Notes under the pieces: generated by a model
Databases searched by the model: none
Seen by the model: only the letters and a program-made list of their open reading frames with translations
What the model was told of the DNA's origin: nothing
Made by a program: the position numbers and the translations under genes
In this document: positions 51,671 through 64,000 of the stretch, one piece after another
Position numbering within the stretch: the stretch's first letter is position 1
Layout: each line of letters opens with the position of its first letter
Source: Octopus sinensis
Lineage: Eukaryota
Direction of reading: 5' to 3'
Length of the DNA stretch: 64,000 nt
NCBI RefSeq assembly: GCF_006345805.1
Contig: NC_042999.1
Coordinates: 18,290,001 to 18,354,000 of the forward strand

Positions 51671-52812
51671 ACCAGCTAAAAGTGCGTGGGAGGGGTCTGG
51701 ATGTGTGTATGTATAGGGTTGGTGTATGTATTAGTATGTATAAGTGTGTGTGTGTGTGTGTGTGTATGAGAGAGTATTAGTGCGTAGGATTGGTCTGGAC
51801 GTGCGTATGTATGGGGTTGGTGTATGTATTAGTATGTATTAGTATGTATTAGTACGTATTGGTATGTATAGGTGTGTGTGTGTGTGAGAGAGTATAAGTG
51901 CGTATGCGGGGTCTGGACGTGTGTATGTATAGGGTTGGTGTAAGTATTAGTATGTACTAGTATGTATTAGTACGTATTAGTATGTATTAGTTGGTGTGTG
52001 TATTAGTATGGCACATCATATGTGATGTGATGTGTAAAGTCATGTGGTGTAGTGAGGAGAAGAGGGGGAGGGGAGAAGGGGAGGGGAAGAAGAGGGGGAG
52101 GAGAAGGGGGAAGAGGAGAGGATGGGGGAGAAGGCAGGGGAGAGAGGGAGCAGAGGGAAGGGGAAGAGGGAGGGAGAAAGAGGGAAGAAGGGAAGGGGAG
52201 TAGGGGTGAAAGGATGAAGGACTGAAGAAGTAGGGGTCGGGGGAGAAAGGATAGGTGAGGAGGGGGGAGGGGGGTTAGATACATATATATATGTATATAT
52301 ATTTATATTTATACATATATATATATATAATTACATATATAATTTATTACGTATGTACACTCAAACATACGCAGGCACTCACACCTGCGCACAAAAATAT
52401 ATTCAACTATATTAAATACAAAAGTCGCATGAAGCAGCTTCCAGTAAATTATGTGGGTATACAAATTTTGGTGTATACTTATATATAGATGAAAGATTAA
52501 TTCGGTATTGCTATTTGGGGACGCACAATGTAACAGAAATTCAGGTGTTCTGCGATCACATGACATCATTCACCGCTCAATCTGTTTTTATACGCGTCTT
52601 TTAAGGATGTTTTCCAACGATACTATTTCCGAAGTGAAAGCAGTGAAAAGTATTTCTCACATCCTAGTGTACATGAACGATTGTGTCAACGTTGGTTGAC
52701 ACAATCGCTTTCTCTTTATATATCTCTTTCTATCTCCTAAACGCTCGCGCCTACATACACAAACATATATATATATATATATGGTGTTATCCATATAAAT
52801 CGTGGGGTGATT

Positions 52813-52939
52813 ATAATCAAAATAAGCAACAAGAATAACTTCGGTAATTTGGTACGATTGTTTCGCACTACATCATTTTATTAATGTAGTGCGAAACGAT
52901 CGTACCAATTTACCGAAGTTATTCTTGTTGCTTATTTTG

Positions 52940-52944
<5 letters not shown>
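52813..52944. repeat. 61-bp-arm hairpin with a 10-nt spacer, containing the 3' half of a hammerhead
   Basis: Arms 52813-52873 and 52884-52944 with 2 mismatches; the right arm reads ...GTAGTGC-GAAAC-GATC-GTA. Confidence 0.85.
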
Positions 52945-52986
<42 letters not shown>

Positions 52987-53005
52987 GTATGTGTGTGTGT
53001 GTGTA

Positions 53006-53043
<38 letters not shown>

Positions 53044-54149
53044 GTATCGTGAGAAAACCCTTACGAATCGTGCTTTCCTTATTTGAGATCTTGTGTTCAA
53101 TCCTAATTCATATTTCAAAAGGAAACTATCTTTCACTGTATATCGGTAGGACAAAATTAATTTGTGGTTGTAATTCATTTATCGATAGTAACTATACTAG
53201 TGATTCTACATTTAAATTTAAATTATACGATAAACCCTGCAATAGCCGTAGCTCTAATTTTACGTACACAAACATGTTCAAATGAATTTGTGCAATTTTC
53301 AACTTCTGATACACGATTCTGCGAGGATTCTTTTTTTTATTATTCAACAAGCGTCTGCTCACTGCCTCGAAAATCTTCGGATTCGTGCCCTATCACAAAA
53401 GCGACAATTCCACTATCAAGATTTCGTGTTTCTCTAATGATTTAAAATGTAACACTGCAATGGCGGATATGTGCTTCTTTGAAGACACATGCCTATTTCA
53501 ATGATTTTCTTGTTTGGAAATATGAAGTAACACTTGAGCAACGTATGAAAACCATTCAATTGCAGACACAGTTGACCAGTGGTAACATCACACATCTTAT
53601 AATTACATAAAACGCCTCGAAGTAAACAATGATTAGCCAGTATCTAATGATATCTCAGAACAAATATTGGAGAAAGGTTTGTTGAGAAAATATTTTTATG
53701 GCATATTATATTGCGCACGGAAGATACAGGTCCAGAAGTGTCTTTTGGTGACATTTAGAAAAAGTGAAGAAAAAGTAATTAATAAGAGAATGGATGAAGT
53801 AAATAAAACTGTCATTTATCAATGCATAGATTATACGGAGAACTGTGGGGCTTCAACCCGAAGGGAGAAGTATTTAATTAACACGAAAGGAAGTCCCTTA
53901 TTCCATTTGAAACGTCTCAAGACATTCAGATTGAAAATAGCCAGTATGTTCAAATGTGACTTTTTAAATACTAACATTTCTACTGATTTTCATTAACTCC
54001 CTACTGAGTCATACCTTAACTATAGAAATATAGAAATAATTTTGTGATATCAACATTATTTGCGCGTTCGAAGAGATATCATTTTCATGCATGACTAACA
54101 TATTCTGTTGCGCAACTGTAGATACTAAATTACGTACTCTTTTTTTTTT

Positions 54150-54562
54150 CTCTTTTTACTCTTTTTACTTGTTTCAGTCATTTGACTGCGGCCATGCTGG
54201 AGCACCGCCTTTAGTCGAGCAAATCGACCCCGGGATTTTATTCTTTGTAAGCCAAGTACTTATTCTATCGGTCTCTTTTGCCGAACCGCTAAGTGACGGG
54301 GACGTAAACACACCAGCATCGGTTGTCAAGCAATGCTAGGGGAACAAACACAGACACACAAACACATACACATACATACATATATATATATATATATACC
54401 AAAGGCTTCTTTCAATTTCCATCTACCAAATGCACTCACAAGGCATTGGTCGGCCCGGGGCTATAGCAGAATACACTTGCCCAAGATACCACGCAGTGGG
54501 ACTGAACCCGGAACCATGTGGTTGGTTAGCAAGCTACTTACCACACAGCCACTTCTGCGCCC
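54150..54562 (-). mobile_element. SINE family A, full-length copy
   Basis: Aligns to family A. Confidence 0.9.
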
Positions 54563-56328
54563 ATGCAATTATAATCTGTTTTTCAAATAAATACTTCAGA
54601 GTCCACATAATATTTTATATCATGCAATACATGAAATCATTGTTCCTACTATCATAATACTGAGTAACTGAAACTCATATAGAAACACATATGTTGCCAT
54701 TCGCGATTAATGGGGTCCCGGATATATTTACAGGAACACAGATTGGTGAATTACAGCAGCAAAAATTTGATCATCGCTGTGTTTTATCAGAGACTATTGG
54801 CGATTAAATATCAAGTTCTAAATCTATGCACGATTAGCATTAAGATATATGTCATAATAAATTAAGATGATATATCCACAAATAATATCACACGTCTATG
54901 ATGAAATTATATTAATCAAACTGTTTTCAAGTGAAGCTATTCTATTATACTCTCTTTACAGGGAAAAAAACTTAACCAAGACAAAAATTATTTACTGTAC
55001 AAACGTAAATTGTGTGATAAAATATAATCATGTTTTGGAAAATAGGCTTAACTAATTTTCATCATAGTCACATGAGTAATATTACATACTTCCAAATTAA
55101 ACAGACGTTTGTTTCATTGACTCAACGGGGTTTCACTGAATAAGAGAGAATATGTATATAACAGATTTTTACGATAAAATTCATCTTCATATCGATGATT
55201 AGTTCTTTGGACTCATCCATCCTTCAAATTAGGCATTATCAAAGTTTCTTAATTTGCAATCGACTAGGAAAATTAATCGATAGTCTTCATAAATCAGAAA
55301 CAATTGCCAAACATCAGTTGAGTGTGCAATAATGTTATTCAGATGATTCCCACCAGTTGCATGAATATATAATTATCAATGCACGATATTATTTCCTACA
55401 TGTTTGATGTTTTCTTGAATAGAAAGTGGCAGGAGCCATTGACTGCTAGAATGAAAACGCAGAAATTATTTGCTGTTCACGGGAACCCGTGTTCAGTTTT
55501 AGCAAAATAATGAATTCTCCTTAAAGCCCCCAAATTTTATAAGCTGGTGTGAGGCAGCGGATCGATATCTACACCTACGCATTTCCAAATAATTTCAAGA
55601 TCGAGTCTAATATATTTATGCCAGAGTGTACAAAGAACTGTGGAATTTGAGAATCTATTACGAAATGTAAAGTAATGATTAGCGCTTTTTTCCCTGTAAT
55701 TATGAACTGTACTATTGTTGATTGCAATATGCCTCCAGAATATGAACGTGTTATTTGATAGAGTGAATTTGTTTTCATAAAATTATTCCCACGTACGGGT
55801 TTTCGCAACGACTCAATTGCAAACCTAATATTCCATTTCAGAATATGCCATTTTCCATTAAGATTCTTATGTTTATCTTTATATACCTAATACTAAAAGA
55901 AGGATAATCACTTACATATGCCGATGGTTCCGTAAATTAGACGCCATTTGAGAAACTGCACACTGATGATAAAGGTGCTAACTATAGTTTACTCGGAAAG
56001 ATTGTCGCACATTCTAGCTTAATATATTTTTGCATTGGATGGGTATATATGGCGTTATGGACTGTTCAATATCGGTATTCATGAATACAGTTACATATCA
56101 AAAGTTATATATCAATGTTGCGCTTAATTATTGATTTCTGCATATCGGATGAACCTCAAGCTTTGTATTTAATTCCTCAAATTATTAACAAAATACTAGG
56201 TTTTTCATTAGCCTAAATGTCTCAATTTTACTACTACCAGAGTAGTTTAGAAATGTTGATTTCTTCTGGATAATGAGAGACATGAATTATGTGTGTATAT
56301 ATGCGTGTATGCATATATATATATGTGT

Positions 56329-56500
56329 GTCGACCCCAGCACTTATTCTTTGTAAGCCTAGTACTTATTCTATCGGTCTCTTGGGCCGAACTGCTAAGTT
56401 ACGGGGACGTAAACACACCAGCATCGGTTGTCAAGTGATGTTGGTGGAAAAGCACAAACACAAAACATACACACACACAGACACATATACACACACACAA

Positions 56501-56571
<71 letters not shown>

Positions 56572-56752
56572 TATATATGTATACATATGTACGATGGGCT
56601 TCTTTCAGTTTCCGTCTACCAAATCCACTCAAATGATTTGGTCGACCAGAGGCTATAGTAGAAGACACTCGCGCAATGTGCCACGCGGTGGGGCTGAACC
56701 CGGAACCATGTGGTTGGTAAGCAAGCTTCTTAGCCCACAGCCACTCCTACGC
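56329..56752 (-). mobile_element. SINE family A copy lacking the terminal tail
   Basis: Aligns to family A from GTCGACCCC to the head. Confidence 0.85.
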
Positions 56753-58155
56753 ATATTTATTTATTTTTCCTGAAATTTTTGTTGCGATTTGCAACCTTTT
56801 CAATAGATGTTGACACTGTCTGTTATCGCAATTTCGGTAAGGAACAGAGTCAAAGACTATTGAAAACGATGCAAGACGCAATGAAAACTTTAGTAAAAAC
56901 AACTGAGTGGAAATCGGTGAGTATGTTAAATAATACAGCACTAAAAGAGAATCATGTCCCCAGATACAATAAAATATGCTTCAAATCACGAAATCATATA
57001 AAGAATCTTACAAGCCAAATATAAAATCGAAATACAATCGCACGCACACATCCACACGCACCCACACACACACGCACACACACATATATACATACATACA
57101 TTTATGTATTTATGTATGCATGCTGATATATTGATATATTAATCTGGGTCTTCAAGGCGAAATTCAAACTATAATGAAAGTATATACAAGTGTTTATATT
57201 TGAACTTCTTTCTTCATCGCATGTAATTTTAAATAGAGTGTTTTCTAGTATATAAATCGTGGGATTTTGTGTTTGATTTTAACATTTGAAACCAGGTACG
57301 ATTAATACACGGGGGAATATTAGATCTATGAAGAGGAAACAAACTCGTACAAAAGTCACCACTAAATTTGAAGCGCAACTTTACACGAGTAAATACAATG
57401 TATCTTTTAGATTATCGTCAAAGATATTCTGCCGGGTATAGTTTTTATGTTGCATTTTACAGATTTTAAAGAAATATTTTACCATTTCCAAATATATCAA
57501 ATACTTGGACTGCGATTGTGCATTCATTTTTTATATGGGATAATTTGGGATCAGATTCGCTTATATATCTCGCGGCTTTTACCAACTGCGGGGATTCATT
57601 TTTAAATAATATCTTGAATTTTGGAAGCTATAATGTAATAGAGAAAACATAAAATATACTGAATATCGATTTCGATTCTGTGAAATTATTTCCTAATGTA
57701 GAAGATTAAAATACTTCGTTCTCACTATAATTGAGTTAACTTAATCATTCTGAAAGTGTTACTGGAGTGACGTTTTCTCTTTTCTATGGTCATATAATAT
57801 AACGGATACTTGTCATTTTGTATTCTTTGCATATCCGTCTATGTTGCGATGTAAAGTGATTTTTATGTGAGAGTTCCTCAGACAGTGAATAAACGGAATG
57901 AGATGATTTTGCGTAACTGTTTAGAAGCTGATGATTTGACATAGATAACTGCACATTGCGCATTCAACATGTTATGGCAGCTATGAGATATGGCACTGGA
58001 GTTACACATACGCAGATATATACGCATAGACAAAGAAAGAGTGAGAGAGAGAGGCATTACAACTTATTAATTGAACACGACTGTCATAGTAATATTCGAT
58101 GATCCTCATAAAAATACAGAGAAATATGCATATACGCACATATAAGCAGCCACAC

Positions 58156-58187
<32 letters not shown>

Positions 58188-60417
58188 TGTGTGTGTGTGT
58201 GTGTGTGTGAGGGGAAGGGTGAAACGTTTAAAACTTGCTAAATAATGAAGCAGCTGTTGTCAAATTAGTCAGCGTCGAATCACCAATGACACATACTGTG
58301 ATAAAAAGACTTTGCCCAAAACTATACACACGAGTAAAATGTCAACACTTTTCTTGCGTTACTGTAATTCACATTATTTTCTTCAGATTATAGTATTTCA
58401 TCAATTCATATGGTACTGTCACTGCTTAAAACGCATGACATTTTATTAGTCTGTAATAGATATTTATAAATGTGCAGTCTCATATGAGATTGATAAAATG
58501 TACTTTTAAAATATTTTACAAACCAAAAACTTACTGAAGTTGCATTAAATATTTCAGGGACAGCTATTTATTTATTTGCGATAAAGGAAATGATTGCGGG
58601 AATCAACTTAAACTGGGCGTTGAATCTAGGTCAACGATAATACATACTTAAACACCGTAGAAAAGTGTGCATATGTAAACGCGTGTGCATATATATGCGC
58701 AAGCATGAACTAAACGGATTATTAACAATTATATATATATTTTTCGCATATATGTAATATATCTGTATCACTGTTTCAAATGCTATGTTGTCCGAAAAGA
58801 TATATCATGAAACATATTTCACACTCTCCCATTCACTCTATTGAAGAATCGAATGTAACAAGTTGATCGCTTAATAAATATTATGCGCGTAAAATATGAT
58901 TTTCACAGATATTTTAAAGTCCGTTTTCCGCATATTTGCACAATATTTCATATAGAACTTTTAACTTCACTCTTTAAGAGCAAATGATACTTCCCATATA
59001 TGTATTCATTTTTATTAAAAGGAGATGCAAACACACACACGTTATATACTTACATATATTTATATACAAACATATATATTTACATCTATATACTTACGTA
59101 CACACACACATATGCACACGTATTTATATATTTGCATACAACTATTACTTTATATATTATCTTATATAATAATACGTTATGTTTTATTAATGATAATTTT
59201 AGTAGGGAAAGATTTATTACACCAATTCTCTAGCCGGTTCCATTTTCTATATGATTATATATTACATTTCGTGCCTTATGATTATTTCATATTTCTATAA
59301 TAACCAGGATATTTATATACTATATCACAGTGATTATACACATGAATACATACCGCATTTTATGATAAAATATATCCAAGTTGTTCCAGTCAAGGCTTTT
59401 CACTTTCAAGATTAATAGACTTCAAAATGAATATTTATGAAATAGGCACACAGAAGAACAAAACAAGATGTTTGATGCGAATACTTTGTTCGAAGTAATA
59501 TTTACACTATATCAGCGAACACAAAGTAAATGAGAATAGCATCGGATTGTGATCGTCTAGACAAATATAATACATCTGTTTTATCTTCTCTCAGATGAGC
59601 CTATTATTGTCAGTTAGCATTATATATGAAATAGATGACACGTATTTTACAACATTTAATTCAAATATATACCAGTTATATAATTTACTATAAAATCTTC
59701 CAGACTATACGTTATAAATATGCATCGTATATTATGAATACAATTATGAATATAATGCATATATTTTAAAGGTTATAAAACTATAGACACATTTTCTATT
59801 ATAATCAACTATATTTTCATCTATGAATATATGTTAACGTTCTTTTCTAAAGTTCCATCTCTTCAGCTATCTGCTCCATTCTATATAACACGTATCCTTG
59901 TTAACGTTTCATAGCAATCTCTACATGTAATGAAATATTGCACTTAATACGGTACCTTTCACCAATCTGCATATAAAGGAATGAAGTAGAAATGTATGTA
60001 TGTGACACTTCGTGTGCGAGAAACGAGAGATGAAGAGAAAGAGAAAGAGATCGGTTTCCCAGTAGACCAGAACCATCTTTATTGTAACTACGGAACAATA
60101 TCCTTACCTTCTGAACTGTCTTCCGGTCTCCGACTTCATGGCGTATCCATTATATCACCTTGCAGACGGAAAGTAGATATCTTTCTCGCAAACCAATCCC
60201 AACATAGTCTATTGTATAACCTTTAATGAACAATGTCTATATAACCATAGTTGTCCAAGATTAGAAGGACTTCTTTTTATTCTTTCTCTACGTTTGATCA
60301 GGAATAGTTTGTCATTAAGAAACTAGATGCCATGCAATTAAAACTAACGACCTAATTTAAATCAATACCACAGAATTTTGCTCCTTACAAATTTATATGT
60401 ATGTGAAAAGGTATGTA

Positions 60418-60518
60418 AGGATGTATGTATGCATGTATGTATGTATGTATGTATGTATGTATGTATGTATGTATGTATGTATGTATATATGTATGTATGT
60501 ATGAATCAATCAACTTAG

Positions 60519-60554
<36 letters not shown>

Positions 60555-60605
60555 ATATCTATCTATCTATCTATCTATCTATATGTCTGTCTGTCTATCT
60601 AGCTA
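60418..60605. repeat. Compound (ATGT)n/(ATCT)n microsatellite
   Basis: Visible directly. Confidence 0.92.
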
Positions 60606-60641
60606 GCTTGCTAACTAGCTAGATATCGTTTATATATATAT

Positions 60642-60686
<45 letters not shown>

Positions 60687-61439
60687 AATGGATGTTTTAT
60701 GAAACTAGTCCGCTCAAATAATACCAGCTATACCAGCAATCCAACATACCTGCATCATCAGCTGCCCCACGGATGTCACTATGGTTTCGACACCTGTGCA
60801 GTACCATTCAATCCGACAGTGCCCACAGCACCAAAATAACTCATGTTTTTTTGAACAAACATAGCTTAGATATCACGACATAATTTCAATCTTAATTCTA
60901 GGGAGAATTTAACACTAACAATATTAATTTTAACTACGGCACAGAAACACATTTACCCTATCTACAAAAAACAGTATCCGTAAATATATTCAATAAGTAA
61001 AACTATAAGTAACTCATAAATTATCTAACTAAACAGCATATGTATTCCGCATATTAATGTGTTTGCGTGTCCGTGTTTGTACTTCTTTATGTATGTGTGT
61101 GTCTGTGTGTGTACCTCTGTCTCCTTTTTTGTGCATGGTTTTTTTTGCAACTCTGTACTGTGTTTCTATGTTTGTATGTGTATCTCCATATGTGTGGACG
61201 TGTGTCTCCATATGTGTCCTCATGTGAAGTAAAGTGTGTGTATATATTGTCATGTGTTTCAGTCTTCATTTGTGTATATGTGTGTATGTGTGCTTGTCTG
61301 TTCATATAACTTGTGTACCTATCCGTCTGTATATTGATCTGTTTACTTTCATATACATATGCTTACATACATGTGCATATACATATATACATACACCCAC
61401 ACACATGCATACATTTATCTACGTAACATCCCTATACTA

Positions 61440-62290
61440 ACTATACTATTCTACCTGTATAGACTTTGTGTGACAAAGCCTCCAAATATGTTGTTCACAA
61501 GAACTCAGCTTTATCACACAATATGGAAATTAACATGCTGATAACAGACTTAGTTATGATAATGAACAACGTGTCCCCACTATGCTCTTTGAATTGGAAA
61601 AACATGTACAGAACTTCATGCACCGCATGAAACTCTTTGGATATGATCAGAAAGGGAGGTTTCGAGTATGCAGTGGTGCTAGGAAGAAAGTACATAACAA
61701 TATATGTAATGATATCAGTGATACATACTCTAAATACAGATACAAAGACTGAAATAGGATAAAAAGAATTGTGGCAAAGGAAACAGGGTGAAAACGTGGT
61801 ATAACTGACAAATATCAAAGAGGGATGTTTGTAGAGGCAACAGCCCATGGTGAACTAGTTCGTAGATTTCGGAAAGCTATGAAGAGACCAAACTCAATAT
61901 TAAGATTATTGAAAAGCCAGGATATTCTGTCAGATCACAACTATGTAGGTCGTACAACTTTGAGAATACTATATGCACCAATTATGGCTACTTGGTATGT
62001 AGGATTAGCCCTGGTATTAACGGTAGAACTAGAAATATAGTTTTCAGGATAAGATGCATAAAATGTGCTTGTAAAGACATGAACATGACATACATAGGGG
62101 AGATATCTAGAAGCTTTGCGGAACGACTAAATGTACATTTGTGACAATATTACGACGAAAACCAGTCCTCCATGCTCTACCAACATGACAAGAACCAACA
62201 TGGAGGTAACCTGGGTTAACTTGACATCTGCAAATACCGGAGAACATCCTCATAAGTGGTACTCCCAAATACTAAATAGGAAATATACGT
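61440..62290 (+). pseudogene. Penelope-like element relic: RT thumb plus GIY-YIG endonuclease
   Basis: Frameshifted segments: KASKYVVHKNSALS..MNNVSPL; HVQNFMHRMKLFGYDQKGRFRV; FVEATAHGELVRRFRKA; and the frame 61893-62141 LNIKIIEKPGYSVRSQLCRS...GRTRNIVFRIRCIKC...TYIGEISRSFAERLNVHL (YIGE at 62091-62102), followed by SMLYQHDKNQHGG. Confidence 0.85.
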
Positions 62291-63422
62291 AATAGATATC
62301 AAACCCCCATAGCCGCGTACTGGTAGAGTAGTATAACTATTGTGCTGTTATGTAAATAGATGTATATGTGTGTGTGGGGGTGTATGTATATATGTATATG
62401 TATATGTATATGCACAGTTTATCCCCTCAATTCTCATTACAATACTCAGTTTTGGGTTGAGTGCGTGGTATTATGTAAAGCACTAGTGCTTACATATTCA
62501 CATATTCCCTTGCTAGAAAAATTGATTAGATGTTCCTGTTAACACTGAGCAACTACAAAATTCAATGTAGAACAACTCTCAAGCAACCACGCCAACTAAA
62601 GTAGATCTCTCTTAATATATCAGTAAAAGTGGGCCCCCGACGTTCTTGCATAACATTATAAAGATAGAAATAGCTTTAACAGCAACTAAGTATGTTAACT
62701 TCAGACTTTTGCACCTTTGTATAGGTGTGAGGGCGTAAATTTCTCGCCTTCCTTTCTATATTTACTTTTTCACACGATACAACCATGAATTTTGTCTTTC
62801 AATTAAATATTGCCTGAAGTGGACTCGTCTATTTAAAACTTATGAGAAAACGACGAGATTGTGTCTCCAATGGCATTTCTGCCGTTACATTTGTTTGGCA
62901 AATATTGTACAGGTGTTTATGCATGCTTGCGTATATCTTTGTAGGCGTAAAGTGAGAGAGACAGAGAGAAAAAAAAAGGAAGTACTGCCTTTGCTATGAC
63001 TGATATTGTTGCCAAATACGTAACTTGTTTTGTCAACAGAAAAAACAAGGTTATTGTTTTCGCTTCTGTTGCAAGATCTCTGGCTGTGCAATATCATTGT
63101 TCATTTGCTTGTGTTGAAACTTCCTGTGGTAGTCTTAGCTTTCTTCATTTTCAACTTCTTTGTATCATTTTCTTTTCTCTTTCAGTACATCGCGGCTACG
63201 TCTGCAAATATTTTGTATATTTTGTGTATAACAGATGTCAAACAAAATAAACACGACGATAGTGTATAAAACTGATTTCGGTATTGTTCCCAGCGTTAAG
63301 TACTGAAAATCGAAAAAAGCAAAGCTTAACGGCGTACATTACTCATTTATAAACTCAGCAATTTTTCGAATTTAAAAAATAAATAATAATTAACGAATAA
63401 CGGAATATTTGGTCAGGTTTGT

Positions 63423-63650
63423 TACTCTTCACTCTTTTACTCTTTTACTTGTTTCAGTCATTTGACTGCGGCCATGCTGGAGCACCGCCTTTAGTCGAGC
63501 AAATCGACCCCGAGACTTATTCTTTCTAAGCCCAGTACTTATTCTATCGGTCTCTTTTGCCGAACCGCTAAGTGACGGGGACGTAAACACACCAGCATCG
63601 GTTGTCAAGCAATGCTAGGGGGACAAACACAGACACACAAACTCACACAC

Positions 63651-63693
<43 letters not shown>

Positions 63694-63859
63694 CATATAT
63701 ACGACAGGCTTCTTTCAGTTTCCGCCTACCAAATCCACTCACAAGGCATTAGTTGGCCCGGGGCTATAGCAGAAGACACTTGCCCAAGATGCCACGCAGT
63801 GGGACTGAACCCGGAACCATGTGGTTGGTTAGCAAGCTACTTACCACACAGCCACTCCT
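63423..63859 (-). mobile_element. SINE family A, full-length copy
   Basis: Near-identical to 44-447. Confidence 0.92.
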
Positions 63860-64000
63860 ATATAATAATAATTAAAATTATTTTCTGCAAACACGAAGTT
63901 GATGATGATGCTCGGTCACATTAATCTACAAGTATTGATATGAGTATAAGTGCAAAGTTTCTCATAGTATATATGAAGATATACACAGAAGTACCGTAAG

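Noticed and set aside
55955-56010. CTGATGA...GAAAGATTGTC motif
   Set aside because: Neither stem I nor stem II can pair.
60750-60800. Minus-strand GAAAC..GTG...CTGATGA, a possible type II hammerhead
   Set aside because: The triplet is GUG (not cleavable) and there is no stem I hairpin.

Overview
AT-rich, microsatellite-dense animal DNA, most likely intergenic or intronic. The repeat families resemble those of octopod cephalopods; this is inferred from recollection, not from a search. I found no credible host protein-coding exon, and most ORF-track entries are translations of (TA)n/(CA)n/triplet repeats or SINEs. The window holds two abundant tRNA-headed SINE families, decayed Tc1/mariner, R4/Dong, CR1/L2-like and Penelope-like (PLE) fragments, a tandem non-autonomous Helitron trimer, and several fold-back inversions next to (TA)n tracts. 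The main result is a set of hammerhead-ribozyme (HHR) elements. (1) A 352-bp tandem array at 36539-37371 carries two perfect type I hammerheads that should release an exact 352-nt monomer, the layout of a non-LTR retrozyme/circRNA. (2) A diverged solo monomer of the same family at ~13977-14346 shows compensatory base changes. (3) Minimal PLE-type hammerheads lie on both arms of a palindrome at 32.8-33.5 kb. (4) A tRNA-headed SINE at 45980-46297 has a hammerhead in its tail. (5) A three-copy family carries a variant CUGUUGA core. (6) A decayed PLE RT/GIY-YIG element at 61.4-62.3 kb is a candidate type of mobiliser. Most repeat boundaries were read by eye and are approximate.
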